Of a stretch of 64,000 nt of DNA, positions 9,767-20,353 are shown piece by piece. Source of the DNA: Vulcanimicrobiota bacterium. Lineage in GTDB: Bacteria > Vulcanimicrobiota > Xenobia > Xenobiales > JADMJV01. Numbering within the stretch: position 1 is the stretch's first letter; each line of letters begins with the position of its first letter. The stretch spans positions 320,001 through 384,000 of the forward strand of contig JBFWNU010000005.1 in assembly GCA_050250895.1 (NCBI GenBank), given 5' to 3'. The translations under genes were made by a program, and so were the position numbers. The notes beneath the pieces were generated by a model that searched no databases, was not told where the DNA came from, and saw nothing but the letters and a program-made list of their open reading frames with translations.

Positions 9767-10269
9767 TTCCTCGACAAAGCGAGGCAGAGATTGAGCCGAT
9801 CTCCGGCCTGATCGCGACTCAGGCCCAGCACCAGGGCGATCTCTTGCTCGAGGTTCTGACGAACCCGGTCTCTGAGCGCCGCTTCTTGCTTGGAGAGACG
9901 TCCCCCGCCATCTTCGATCGCTTGGAGTTCGGCCAGGACCTGCCGCCGACAGCCGAATTCGCCGGTCCGCAAGAGCGAGGTCCACTTGCGAACGCGCAGG
10001 TGAGGCCGACCCTGAGGCACTTCGACCTCGAGCTGCTTTTCCAGCAGGGTCTGCATCAAGTCAGCGCTCATCAGAGGGCGAATGCCCTGGGATTCGAGCT
10101 GTTTTTCGGGCACTTTGACCAGGACTTTCTCTTCCTGGGTCTCAAGCACGAAAAAGCGATGACGTTGTCCGAGAATCTCGGACTCTTCGATGTTGAGCAC
10201 CTGGCAAACCCCTTGCAGGGGCACGCATGCCAGAGAGCCGGGTTCGAGTGTGACAGTCGTATTACTCAT
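9763..10269 (-). CDS. CarD/TRCF-family transcriptional regulator
   Basis: GVCQVLNIEE...VKVPEKQLESQGIRPLMS matches the CarD RNAP-interaction domain pattern; helical C-terminus; ATG at 10269. Confidence 0.75.
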   Translation of the reverse strand: MSNTTVTLEPGSLACVPLQGVCQVLNIEESEILGQRHRFFVLETQEEKVLVKVPEKQLESQGIRPLMSADLMQTLLEKQLEVEVPQGRPHLRVRKWTSLLRTGEFGCRRQVLAELQAIEDGGGRLSKQEAALRDRVRQNLEQEIALVLGLSRDQAGDRLNLCLALSRN

Positions 10270-10543
10270 CGGATACCCCCCGGTGAAGCTGTGTGTGTCG
10301 AATGGTATCTCTCCTTCCAAATAGCCTCGCCACAGATCTAACCCAGGGAAATCGCAGGTCGGGGAACGGCCGGGGAATCGAGGGTGTGAGTGATCGCGGG
10401 GATGCTTCGAGGTTAATATTCGGTATGACACTCGAACATGCCTTCTTGCTTTGAAGGAAATTCAATTGTGATTTGGAATCCTCGGTTTTCTTCGAGCGCA
10501 GAGCCACAGAGGGTCGTGATTTCGCGGGGCCGAAGCTGCCTCG

Positions 10544-12526
10544 GTGAGGGTTCTTCTGCTATTGTTCTGTCTTTCGTTGAGCGCGCTGGCCGACGATTTC
10601 ACGGTGGAACGGGGTTGGATGACGATGGCCGACGGAGTGCGCCTGTCAACCACCGTCTTCCGCCCGACCACGCCAGGCCGCTACCCTGTTTTGCTCGAGC
10701 TTTTGCCCTATCGCAAAGACGACATGTTCTATCAGCGCGACTACCCGCTTTACAGTTACTTCGCCCGGCGCGGTTTCGTGGTGCTCAAGGTCGACGTGCG
10801 CGGGACCGGCTCGTCAGAAGGGATGCTGCCACCCCGCGAATACTCCGAGCAAGAGCTGCAAGACGCCGTCGAGGTGATCGATCAAGCCTCGAAGCTGCCC
10901 TACAGTAACGGCAAAGTCGGAATGTTCGGTATTTCCTGGAGCGGCTTCAACGCCATCCAGGTGGCCATGCGCAAGCCCCCAGCCCTGAAGGCCATTCTGG
11001 CGGTGGATGCCTCGGACGACCTTTATCACGATGATATCCACTATCTCGACGGTGTGCTTCACTTTGATGAATACCGGGTCTCGATCGATCACGACAACGC
11101 CTTGCCTGACAGCCTCGAGTATCGGGTCGATGAAGACTATTTCCGCAACCGTTTCGACCGCGAGCCGTGGGTCTTCGAGGTCATGCGTCAGCAAACGGAC
11201 GGGCCGTTCTGGCGCAAAGGTTCGTTGCGCTTTCACCAGCCGCTGACCATTCCCACCTATCTCATCGGCGGCCAGCTCGACTTCTATCGCGACAGCGTGC
11301 CCCGTATGCTCGAGTCGGCCACCGCTCCGATGTTGGCCGAGATCGGCCCCTGGAACCACGCCTGGCCCGACAACGGCGAGCCCGGTCCCAACTACGAGTG
11401 GCGGGCCAACCTGTGTCGCTGGTGGGCCCATTGGCTCAAGGACGAGGATAACGGCGCGCTCGACCGCCCCCGTCTGGCCGTCTTCGTGCGGGCCGGCCAC
11501 CCTCCCGATAGCGAGCTAAAGATGACCCCAGGCCGGTGGCGCTATGAAGACTGGCCCATCGAGCGCACTCGCTGGCGCCGTTTCTTTCCCACCCTCGACG
11601 GCCTGGCGGCCCAACCCTCGGCCGGCGAGCAGGCTCTGGCGTACCAGCCCGGTCGCGGCACCGGAGCCGGCCTGTGGTGGGGCGAGCCAACCGGTGATGT
11701 GGCTAAGGACGCCCAAGGAGCCCTGGTCTACGACAGTCCACCTCTGGGCGAGGCTCTCGAGATTGTCGGCCTGCCGCGGGTGGCTTTTCGGGCCGCCGTC
11801 GACGCCTCCGCCGCCAACTGGTCCGCCCGCCTGGAAGATGTTGGCCCCGATGGCCGCGTCTCGCTGGTCACGGGAGCCAACCTCAACGGCTCGCAGCGCG
11901 CTTCACGCCTTGATCCCACCGCGCTCACACCGGGTCGGTTCGAAAACTACGAACTTGAGCTGCACTTCACCAGCTGGACCTTCCAGCCCGGCCACCGCAT
12001 CCGCCTGGCCCTCTCTAACGCGCAGTTCCCGATGAGCTGGCCAGCCCCCCAGTTGACCGAGAGTCGCCTGGCTCTCGGCTCGGATACCTGGCTCGAACTT
12101 CCCGTCACCCCGCCCGTGGCTTGGCGCGAGCCTGACTTTCCTGCCCCCGAGCCGCGCGAAGAACGCAGCGACGCCCGCTGGCTCTCCGGAGGTTGGCCTG
12201 AGTCGCTGACCAGCGAGCGCCAGGGCGATGCTACTGTGGTGACCTGGAAGGGTGACGACCATTTCAAGATTCAGGACCGCCGCTACGACCTGACCCAGCA
12301 GATCGTGTGGAAGACCCCTCAGAGCGACCCGGCCCACTCGTCGCTGTCGGCCGAAGCTGACCGGCTCATCACCTTTCCTGACCGCAGCTTGCGCCTGCGA
12401 GCCGAGCTCCGCATCCAATCGGATGTGACCGACTTCGATGTCTACTACCGCCGCCGCCTCGATGTCGACGGCCAGAAAGTGAGAGAGAAAGAATGGCACC
12501 AGAAAATACCCAGACGCTTTCAATGA
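10544..12526 (+). CDS. CocE/NonD-family (S15) serine hydrolase, secreted
   Basis: MADGVRL, DVRGTGSSEG, GMFGISWSG nucleophile elbow, IGPWNH, C-terminal PepX-like domain. Confidence 0.92.
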   Translation: MRVLLLLFCLSLSALADDFTVERGWMTMADGVRLSTTVFRPTTPGRYPVLLELLPYRKDDMFYQRDYPLYSYFARRGFVVLKVDVRGTGSSEGMLPPREYSEQELQDAVEVIDQASKLPYSNGKVGMFGISWSGFNAIQVAMRKPPALKAILAVDASDDLYHDDIHYLDGVLHFDEYRVSIDHDNALPDSLEYRVDEDYFRNRFDREPWVFEVMRQQTDGPFWRKGSLRFHQPLTIPTYLIGGQLDFYRDSVPRMLESATAPMLAEIGPWNHAWPDNGEPGPNYEWRANLCRWWAHWLKDEDNGALDRPRLAVFVRAGHPPDSELKMTPGRWRYEDWPIERTRWRRFFPTLDGLAAQPSAGEQALAYQPGRGTGAGLWWGEPTGDVAKDAQGALVYDSPPLGEALEIVGLPRVAFRAAVDASAANWSARLEDVGPDGRVSLVTGANLNGSQRASRLDPTALTPGRFENYELELHFTSWTFQPGHRIRLALSNAQFPMSWPAPQLTESRLALGSDTWLELPVTPPVAWREPDFPAPEPREERSDARWLSGGWPESLTSERQGDATVVTWKGDDHFKIQDRRYDLTQQIVWKTPQSDPAHSSLSAEADRLITFPDRSLRLRAELRIQSDVTDFDVYYRRRLDVDGQKVREKEWHQKIPRRFQ

Positions 12527-13170
12527 TCGATCTCAGCCACACCATCGAGCACGGCATGATCACCTACAAGGGCCTGCCGGCGCCGCTGATTTGCGACTTT
12601 CTCTCGCGAGAGGCCTCACGCCAGCTGTATGACCCGGGCACCGAATTCCACATCGGCAAGCTCGAGATGGTGGCTAACACGGGCACCTATCTCGACTCGC
12701 CCTTCCATCGCTACCCCGACGGACGCGATCTCTCGCAACTCGAACTCGATAGCCTGGCCAACCTGCCGGGCCTGGTGGTGCGGGTCGACCCCGAGCAGCG
12801 TTCACTCGGTCCTGAGTTGTTCGCGGGTCTGGATTTGCGCGGCAAAGCGGTGCTGGTAGCCACCGACTGGAGCCGCCATTGGCGCACCGATGCCTACTTC
12901 GAGGGCCACCCTTTTCTCACCGAGGCGGCCGCCCAGGCCCTGCGCGAGGGCGGAGCGCGCCTGGTAGGTATCGACTCCTACAACATCGACGACACCAGCG
13001 GTCGCAGCCGTCCATGCCACTCGGTATTACTCGCTCATAACATCCCCATCGTCGAGCACATGACCGGGCTTTCGGCGCTCCCCGAGGCCGGCTTTCGCTT
13101 CTTCGCCGTGCCCCCCAAGGTCAAGGATTTTGGGACTTTTCCCGTGCGCGCCTTCGGCTTGTTGGACTAA
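12523..13170 (+). CDS. Cyclase-family (kynurenine formamidase-like) metallohydrolase
   Basis: MIDLSH, NTGTYLDSPFH, VGIDS, IVEH and PVRA motifs; overlaps the upstream stop (ATGA). Confidence 0.9.
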   Translation: MIDLSHTIEHGMITYKGLPAPLICDFLSREASRQLYDPGTEFHIGKLEMVANTGTYLDSPFHRYPDGRDLSQLELDSLANLPGLVVRVDPEQRSLGPELFAGLDLRGKAVLVATDWSRHWRTDAYFEGHPFLTEAAAQALREGGARLVGIDSYNIDDTSGRSRPCHSVLLAHNIPIVEHMTGLSALPEAGFRFFAVPPKVKDFGTFPVRAFGLLD

Positions 13171-13188
13171 GGACCCATCCAGACGCCG

Positions 13189-14058
13189 CTAACCCCAGAA
13201 GCGCTGCAGCGTTTCCCTGGCCTCGGTCGACCCCAGGTCGGCCTGCTCGGCCAGAAACTCGCGGGCGGCCTCCAGGCGAGTGATGGCGATCGCTTCCAAC
13301 AGAGCTCGCCGATCCTCCGGCTGGGCCAGACGAGGATGCAGCTCGAGCAGCAGTGCCAGCGACTCGGTCCGGCGGGATTCGCCCAGAGCCAGCAGGGCCA
13401 TCGGCCAGACCGGGTCGGCGGGAGAGGTGAGGAAGTAGGAGCGGATATAGTCCACTGCTCTGGCTCCGCCCAGGGCAAAGAGCCCGGTCAAGCACTCCAG
13501 GGCCACCTCGCCGACCTCTTCACCCCGCAGCAAATGCGAGAGCAATAAAGCTGCTCCCTGGGTTTCGCCGTTCTCGACCACGGCTCGGGCCGCATAGCTG
13601 CGGGCCACCGGCTCAGGGTCGGCCAGCAGAATGGCCAGGTCTTCGAGCACGTCGCGGCGGTGACTGCGGACCAGACCGACCGCGCACAGCCCGCGCACCT
13701 CGGCGGCCGTATCCACGGGGCCACCGTAGGCCGCCTCGATCTGTCGCAGGCGCACGCCCCGGGCGTAGAGTTGTTGCTCGGAGACTTCCAGTTCACACAG
13801 CGCCCGTGCCAGCGCGGTCTTGGCTTCACAACCTTTGTCAGCATTGGCATCGAGGTCGAACAGGCGGGTCAGGGTGGTGACCAGATTGGGGGCCAGGGCC
13901 TGAAGTCGATGCTGCTCGATCTTCTTGGCCGCCCGGGCCACTACCAGGTTAGATTTGTGGGATAGGGCTTCGAGCAGCGCTTGCTCGCCCTCGGGTGAAC
14001 GAAGGTCGAGTTTGCTCAGGCGCTCGAGGGCGTCTCGGGTGGGGTCGCGTTTGGCCAT
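13189..14058 (-). CDS. HEAT-repeat protein
   Basis: Repeated amphipathic helical units (LLADPEPVARSYAARA, ALLALGESR). Confidence 0.75.
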   Translation of the reverse strand: MAKRDPTRDALERLSKLDLRSPEGEQALLEALSHKSNLVVARAAKKIEQHRLQALAPNLVTTLTRLFDLDANADKGCEAKTALARALCELEVSEQQLYARGVRLRQIEAAYGGPVDTAAEVRGLCAVGLVRSHRRDVLEDLAILLADPEPVARSYAARAVVENGETQGAALLLSHLLRGEEVGEVALECLTGLFALGGARAVDYIRSYFLTSPADPVWPMALLALGESRRTESLALLLELHPRLAQPEDRRALLEAIAITRLEAAREFLAEQADLGSTEARETLQRFWG

Positions 14059-14399
14059 TGGGTTGGCTTCAAGAAAGGCGCCGGCGCTCCTACGAGGGTT
14101 GCACTGCCCGCAGTAGTCAGCTGCCGCATGGCTTGGCGCTGGTCAGTCCGGGGTAAGAGGTTCGTAGTGACGGGCAGACGTGTACTTTCCCTTGGGGCTG
14201 GCGGGGGTACTTCAGAGAGCACGATAGGTTCTTCCAAGAGCGGATCGCGCAAGTCTAGACTGCAGTATAACCAAGAAGGGGAATTCAAATATGTCGGCTG
14301 AACCATCAAATGACAGCACCTTGTTTCGGGAGGCCTGAGCCTGCCGGGACGGATTATCGCAATTGGGCACCAGACCGCGCCGCGGGCTGGTCGTGAAAG

Positions 14400-15311
14400 A
14401 TGACCTCGAAGCCTTTGCTCCAAACCGCAGAGTCCCCTCCCGAAGTGGTGGAGGAAGCTCCCACCGAACATCCCCACCCTCCCCACCCCTGGGACCCGGC
14501 CGCCGCCGCCATCTTGCTGATGGTGCATCTCGGCTGCCTGCTGGCCCCGTTTACCTTCAGTTGGTCCGGCCTGGGGGTGTGCATCTTGCTGTACTGGCTC
14601 ACCGCCATGGGAGTCACACTGGGATATCATCGCCTGCTGACCCACCGCAGCTTCAAAACCTTCCGGCCGCTGGAATATTTCATCACCTTCTGGGCCCTGC
14701 AAGCCTGTCAGGGGGGGCCGGCCACCTGGGCCGCGGTTCATCGACTCCACCATAAGCACTCTGACGAAGAAGGGGACCCCCACGGAGCCGATGTCGGCTT
14801 CTGGTGGTCTCACCTGGGGTGGATGCTGGTCCGTCCTCCCTGCGCCACGGACCCTAGCATCAAGAGCAGGATGGCCCCCGACCTGCTAAAAGATCCTGTC
14901 TACCGCTTCGCGGACAAGTACTACCTCGCGCTGGTGATCTTGTTTGGTGTGTTTTTGCTGTCGGTCGGGGGGCTGAGCTGGCTGGTCTACGGCATGTTCT
15001 TGCGCCTGACTCTGGTCTATCACGCTACCTGGCTGGTTAACAGCGCTTCCCACAAATACGGCTATCGCAGCTATCCCACCAACGATCTTTCCACTAACTG
15101 CTGGTGGGTTGCGCTGGTAAGCTTCGGCGAGGGATGGCACAACAACCATCACGCTTTCCCTCATTCGGCCAGGCATGGACTGCGCTGGTGGGAGTTCGAC
15201 GCCACCTACGCCGCCATCTTGCTGATGGAGAGAGTGGGTCTGGCCTGGAACGTGCGACGTCCCAAGCCCGGAGTCACTGCGGCGCCCTCCATTGGCGAAC
15301 CCACGGGCTGA
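14400..15311 (+). CDS. Delta-9 acyl-CoA/acyl-lipid desaturase (DesC-like)
   Basis: Histidine boxes YHRLLTHRSF, HRLHH and WHNNHH. Confidence 0.95.
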   Translation: MTSKPLLQTAESPPEVVEEAPTEHPHPPHPWDPAAAAILLMVHLGCLLAPFTFSWSGLGVCILLYWLTAMGVTLGYHRLLTHRSFKTFRPLEYFITFWALQACQGGPATWAAVHRLHHKHSDEEGDPHGADVGFWWSHLGWMLVRPPCATDPSIKSRMAPDLLKDPVYRFADKYYLALVILFGVFLLSVGGLSWLVYGMFLRLTLVYHATWLVNSASHKYGYRSYPTNDLSTNCWWVALVSFGEGWHNNHHAFPHSARHGLRWWEFDATYAAILLMERVGLAWNVRRPKPGVTAAPSIGEPTG

Positions 15312-15424
15312 ATCTCTTCATTTGGTTACCACCAGGCGTACCACCATACCTTCTTCAGGTATCGGCAGGTCTAGCCCGTAGCGGCGGGGACCATTACACT
15401 GATGAAGACCAGGAGGATACAGCA

Positions 15425-15814
15425 ATGCAGTTCGAACTCAACACTGATAACCACGTGAACGGCAGCCAGGCATTGAACCGTCACGTCGGGCGCCTCGTCG
15501 AGTCTAAATTGGGGCGTTTCGGGGATCGCGTGACCCGGGTGGAGGTCCAACTCGGGGCCGAAGATGGCAGCCCAAAGTCCCGTTTGACCCGATGTGTGAT
15601 GGAGGCCCGTTTGGCGGGTTTCGAGGCAATCGCGGTGACTCACCAGGCCGAGTCGGTGGACCAGGCCCTCCGGGGGGCCGCCGACAAGCTGGAGAGGACG
15701 CTAGGTCGAACTATGGGCCGGCTCCAATACGTCAAGGGACGCACCCCACCCTACAGCGGGTTTAGTACCGACGATCGGGTCGAGGACGAGCCCAACGCCG
15801 CCGACCAGGTTTGA
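15425..15814 (+). CDS. HPF/RaiA-family ribosome-associated protein
   Basis: RFGDRVTRVEV...RCVMEARLAG...ALRGAADKLER; RBS AGGAGG upstream of ATG 15425. Confidence 0.85.
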   Translation: MQFELNTDNHVNGSQALNRHVGRLVESKLGRFGDRVTRVEVQLGAEDGSPKSRLTRCVMEARLAGFEAIAVTHQAESVDQALRGAADKLERTLGRTMGRLQYVKGRTPPYSGFSTDDRVEDEPNAADQV

Positions 15815-16203
15815 CCCGTCCTGACGCGGAGTATCCTGGCGAGAGTACTCGCGTACTCTCGAGCGGTTACCGTCGGGACTGGTTCAATGACCGTGGCCCC
15901 GTCATACTGGAACAGATACTCGTTGATTGGAAGATCATCTTGCTCGACAAGGCAGAATCACAACAGCTCTCCCAGTGGCTCGATCGAGCTTATCGCAAAC
16001 AGTTGCCTCCCAACTTGATGGAGTTGAAGAAGCAACGGGACGAGGCCGAAGCCGCCGTCGGAGAAATGGAGTTGCCCGCCGAGACCCGCCGGGCGATGGA
16101 GCTGTTTTTGGCCTTGCATCAGGCCGACACCAGGTTGCTGTACGGAGTGGTGGAGTCGCTCTTCAAGCGCCACCTACGAGGACATCATAAGCCTGGGCAA
16201 TAG
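15811..16203 (+). CDS. Hypothetical protein
   Basis: 130-aa ORF overlapping the HPF stop, helical composition; no recognised motif. Confidence 0.45.
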   Translation: MTRPDAEYPGESTRVLSSGYRRDWFNDRGPVILEQILVDWKIILLDKAESQQLSQWLDRAYRKQLPPNLMELKKQRDEAEAAVGEMELPAETRRAMELFLALHQADTRLLYGVVESLFKRHLRGHHKPGQ

Positions 16204-16910
16204 GCTTTCCTCAGGGTGTCAGTGGCCAAAACACCGGAATCAACAGTATCGCTATCAGCCAGCACAATAGGTTGAGCGGTACGCCCACTCGGAGGAAGTC
16301 CGAGAAACGATAGTGCCCCGGTCCGAAGATCGGCGGCCGTGGCCAGGTTCGAGATCAGTTCGGTCAAGACCATTGTGAGAAGGTAGAGCCCAGCCAGGAC
16401 CGCGATAGGTCCGGAGGCTGCCAGTGTGCTCGCCACCGTTGTGGCCGCTCTCGGCTATTCCGGTTTTCTCGAGAGCGGTCCCCAGGCTCAGGGCTCCGGC
16501 CAGCAGAAACAGCACTTTGAGGTCCAGGGCGCGGTAGGCCTCGCTCAGGGTCAGGCAGCCCGACAGGACCATGATCAGGGCCCCGGTGATAGCGGCGACC
16601 TCGATCGAAGCAGCTCCCAGTGCGGCCGCTAGCACGACGCCGGCGAAGACGGCTACCGCCAGAGGGGCCCTCCGACGCCGATACCAGGATGCATCCATCT
16701 CATTGAGCAACACAAAGGACGGATCACTCTTGAGGATGTCGAGTCGCTCCCGGCTGGCCTCGATTAGAAGACCGTCTCCGGCTCGCAGTAAGATACTGCC
16801 CAGATTCTCGTGGACCAGCTTGTCTCGCTGACGGATGGCGATGGCGGTGGCTCCGTAGCGGGCCCGACGGAGACACCGTGGGTGTGGGATGATTTGCTCT
16901 CGGATGAGCG
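16185..16910 (-). pseudogene. Fragment of SLC13/TrkA-C permease (truncated at both ends, frameshifted)
   Basis: TrkA-C piece (YGATAIAIRQR...LRAGDGLLIE) followed by EAYRALDLKVLFLLAGALSLGTALEKTG. Homology continues in another frame ([19 protein letters not shown]) and then stops. Confidence 0.75.
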
Positions 16911-17191
16911 ATGGGGGGTCCAGGGCATCGTCCTCCCGGACTGAACTGGCCCCAGACTTCGGCCCGCTCTGGTGGGACACCAAATCGAGGACATTTCTTC
17001 GAGTTTCGCGCTCGGCATTCTTGACTTTCGCATAGTCCCCCCTCTGAGGTCTATCTCAAGCGTCCGCCCGGGGTCCCTGCTGTCTGTCCTCGCCTGCAAG
17101 GATCGCAATACTCAGTTTGCCTTGATCCGCGCCTGGCAGCCGCGCCGAGCCTCGACGAGGGTTGTAGCGGGTGGGCGGCGTAGCCAGGGAT

Positions 17192-18163
17192 ATGCGCGTC
17201 TTTGTCACCGGAGCCACCGGCCTGCTTGGCTCCAACCTCTGCCATCTGCTAGTCGAGAAAGGCCACGAGGTCGTCGCCCTGGTGCGCGACCCCGACAAGG
17301 CTCGCCAGCAGCTGCCCGCGAGCACCCACTTCGTGGTGGGCGATCTGGAGGGCATCGCAGCCGTGGAAGACGACCTGGGCGCTTGCGAGGGTGTGGTTCA
17401 CTGCGCCGCCTACTTCCGCGAGTATTACAAGCGTGGCAACCACTGGCCCAAGCTCGAGCGACTCAATGTCGAGGCCACCATGCAACTGGCCGAGATGGCC
17501 TATCGCCACGGCGTCAAGCGGTTCGTGCACATCAGCTCGAGCGGCACGGTGGGCGATCCCGGCGACGAGAGCGCTCCCCCCGGGCCCGAGGTCGAGCACA
17601 ACCTCTATTTCAAGAGCAAGGTGCTGGCCGACCGCCGCCTGGCCGAGTGGCCCCATAGCGACGAGGTCGGTTTGGTGACGGTTCTGCCGGGTTGGATGTT
17701 CGGCCCCCGCGACGCCGCTCCCACCGGGTCGGGCCAACTGGTTCGCGATTTTCTGGCCGGTCAGTTGCCGGCTGTGCCACCCGGTGGCACGACCGTGGTC
17801 GACGCCCGCGACGTGGCCGACGCCATCGTGCGAGTGCTCGAGCAAGATACGCCTTCTGACCGCTACATCGTGGCCGGCCGCCCGGCCACCCTGCGCGAGA
17901 TCGCCGACGGCCTCGAGCGGGTCTCGGGCAAGCCAGCCCCTCGTTTGAATCTGCCCTATCTGGTGGCGCTGATTCTGGCTACCATCCTCGAGTTGGTAGC
18001 CCGCCTGTTTGACAAGGACCCCTTGATGACCCGTTCGGCCGTCAAGACCATGGCTCACAACCGGCATCACTACTCGCGCCGGGCCGAGCGCGAACTGGGC
18101 GTCGAGTTTCGACCCCTCGACGAGACCTTGCGCGACTGCGTGGAGTGGGCCCGCGCCCATTAG
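17192..18163 (+). CDS. NAD-dependent epimerase/dehydratase (dihydroflavonol reductase-like SDR)
   Basis: VFVTGATGLLG, VHCAA, HISS and YFKSK motifs. Confidence 0.92.
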   Translation: MRVFVTGATGLLGSNLCHLLVEKGHEVVALVRDPDKARQQLPASTHFVVGDLEGIAAVEDDLGACEGVVHCAAYFREYYKRGNHWPKLERLNVEATMQLAEMAYRHGVKRFVHISSSGTVGDPGDESAPPGPEVEHNLYFKSKVLADRRLAEWPHSDEVGLVTVLPGWMFGPRDAAPTGSGQLVRDFLAGQLPAVPPGGTTVVDARDVADAIVRVLEQDTPSDRYIVAGRPATLREIADGLERVSGKPAPRLNLPYLVALILATILELVARLFDKDPLMTRSAVKTMAHNRHHYSRRAERELGVEFRPLDETLRDCVEWARAH

Positions 18164-18404
18164 ACCGCCACGATGAGACCCGCCCGGGTCAATCGACACC
18201 TCGGGAGGCGAACTCGGCTGGTAATCGTGGGGTGGCGGTGAGAACCAGCCCTCTCGCAGCTGACCACAGTTGTAACAGACCAGGCTGTGACGATCGCCCA
18301 GGCACTCAGCGGCCGCGAGCGATGAGACCCCGGTCCACTTGGCGGGGTCTGCCTGGCCTGGGTGTCCATGCGCGTCCAGGCTCGCGACGTGCTATGCTGT
18401 GGGC

Positions 18405-18809
18405 ATGTCCGTATTGGAGAGGATGGTCCACGCCGTGGAAAAAGTGCGTCAGAGGCTGCGCCGAGCGAGCCAGGCGCTCGACGACGCGCAAGTGCACTAT
18501 GCCGTGGTGGGAGGCAACGCCGTGGCCGCCTGGGTTGCGAGTATCGACGAGGGGGCCGTTCGGCGAGAAGGTGCGTCCTGAGTATGTAGAGCCGACTCCC
18601 TCGGTTGAAGAGGCCGAGCGACTGGGGGAGATTACAGTCCTCGGTCTGGCAGCGCTGGTGCGCATGAAGTTGACCTCCTTTCGCGATAAGGATCGGACCC
18701 ATCTGCGAGATCTCATTGAGGTGGGCTTGAGAGGAGAGGGTTGGCCCAGCCGCCTCCCGTCTCCTTAGGCGAGCGCTTGCAGGCTCTGCTCGACGACCCC
18801 CACGGCTAG
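18405..18809 (+). pseudogene. Nucleotidyltransferase-like (AbiEii/MNT-type) gene with internal deletion and frameshifts
   Basis: N-terminal part MSVLERM...YAVVGGNAVAAWVASIDEGAVR jumps out of frame to GEKVRPEY...LVRMKLTSFRDKDRTHLRDLIEVG. The final piece LGERLQALLDDPHG* needs a second frame change. The T-x-D-x-D segment is missing. Confidence 0.7.
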
Positions 18810-18865
18810 CCAACGGGAACTTTCCCAAACCCAGGCTTCGCCAGACGACTCCAGAAGAGGTAGGG

Positions 18866-19606
18866 ATGGGCGAGCACAAGAAGACGACCTACGATATCCC
18901 CGTCGAGTCGGAATCGGCCGAGTCCCTGGTCGAGACTACGCGTGAAACCGAGCGCCTGGCGGGTGGTCAGATTCTCGAGGAGACGCGTCCCGGATTTCTC
19001 GAGCTTGCCGTCGATGCCTACGCCTATGCCGAGGAGCTGATCGATCAGGCTGCCAAACGCTACTACCCGCCGCTGGCTTGCTCGCAAGGGTGCAGTTATT
19101 GCTGCCATCTGCCGGTGAGCGTGTCGGTGGCCGAGGTGGTGGCCGTGCTCGACTACGTCCAGGAGAACTTCTCCGCTGACGAACGCGAAGCCTTGCGCCA
19201 GCGCGTGGCCCAACGCTACCAGGAGGTGGTGGAGTTGAGCGACCAGGAGCGAAAGCACACCAACATTCGCTGTCCGCTGCTCGACGAGGCCGGTCGCTGC
19301 TCGGTGTATCCGGTTCGCCCACTAGCCTGTCGAGGGTTCAATTCCACCGACTTAGAGGCTTGCCGTCAGCGCTTCGAACATCCCGAACTCGACCTCTCCA
19401 ATCCGGCCTTCGGCTACAACGTCCAGGCCGCGCTCGGGGTCGCGCAAGGTGTTCAGCAAGCCCTGCAAGACGCTGGCCTCGAGCCTATCGAACTCGACCT
19501 GATCAGAGCCCTTCGCCTCTTCTGGAGTGACCCCCAACGAGTGCTGAAGAAGTGGCGCAAGCGAGGGCGCCGAGCCATCAAGGCGGCCCAGCGCTCTGAC
19601 CTTTGA
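18866..19606 (+). CDS. YkgJ/CxxCxxCC family Fe-S/Zn cluster protein
   Basis: ACSQGCSYCC, RCPLL and CSVYPVRPLACR. Confidence 0.9.
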   Translation: MGEHKKTTYDIPVESESAESLVETTRETERLAGGQILEETRPGFLELAVDAYAYAEELIDQAAKRYYPPLACSQGCSYCCHLPVSVSVAEVVAVLDYVQENFSADEREALRQRVAQRYQEVVELSDQERKHTNIRCPLLDEAGRCSVYPVRPLACRGFNSTDLEACRQRFEHPELDLSNPAFGYNVQAALGVAQGVQQALQDAGLEPIELDLIRALRLFWSDPQRVLKKWRKRGRRAIKAAQRSDL

Positions 19607-19633
19607 GCGCCCCGCGGGACCCGCGCGGGTCAA

Positions 19634-20353
19634 CTAGGCGTCGATGGTTTCAATCAACAAGTCCGGCCTTTCTCGCTGCAGCAGGTCGACCAACTCTCCT
19701 CCCGCCCATAGGTGCTGAAAGTCCACCGCCCGCTCGGTGCTGCGCCTGAGCCTGAGTAAGAGAGCGCCATTGCCCTGAAAGACCTCGAGCAGATGCGGGT
19801 TGCGGTCGGGAAAGAAGCGCTTGAGGAGAGGGTCGAACTCGCCTTGCTCGAGGCCGTGTTCCTCGAGTTCAATAGCGACTTCGACGGGGTCGGTTCCGAT
19901 GGGAGCGACTACCAGGCAGGTCGTCTCTTCTGGGCTTGCCGCCTGGAATTCGGGCGGCCGGCCCGGCCAGATCGTCTGATAGACCCCGACCATTTGAGGA
20001 AATCCCGAGAGCACCTCGGGAGCCGAGCCTGGTTGGTAGTCGTCGGGTGGTGGCGAGTACCAGCACTCCACGAGTTGGCCGCAATTGCAGCATACCAGGC
20101 TGTGGCGGTCGAGAAGGTACTCGGCGACACCGAATCGGTCGTTCTTCTTGCAGCGAGGGCACCGCGGCGGGCGCAGAGGTAGGAAGTTGAGCTTCTGATA
20201 GAGCCGGGAGCCGAGCCACAAAGCGAGGGCTGGCCCGAGCGCCGTCCAGCTCGCGGCCGCGTACGGATGGGAGGACAATAGCAAACACCCAGGACATACA
20301 GCCAGCACGAACAGGCCGTTCAAAATCAGCAAATCGATCAGGGTCAAGCGCAC
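19634..20353 (-). CDS. Hypothetical membrane protein with CxxC zinc ribbon, bracketed by palindromes
   Basis: Two hydrophobic helices, CPRC and CCNC. GTG at 20353 follows TATAAA by 7 nt; the ORF-track start at 20392 lies on the palindrome edge. Confidence 0.6.
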   Translation of the reverse strand: MRLTLIDLLILNGLFVLAVCPGCLLLSSHPYAAASWTALGPALALWLGSRLYQKLNFLPLRPPRCPRCKKNDRFGVAEYLLDRHSLVCCNCGQLVECWYSPPPDDYQPGSAPEVLSGFPQMVGVYQTIWPGRPPEFQAASPEETTCLVVAPIGTDPVEVAIELEEHGLEQGEFDPLLKRFFPDRNPHLLEVFQGNGALLLRLRRSTERAVDFQHLWAGGELVDLLQRERPDLLIETIDA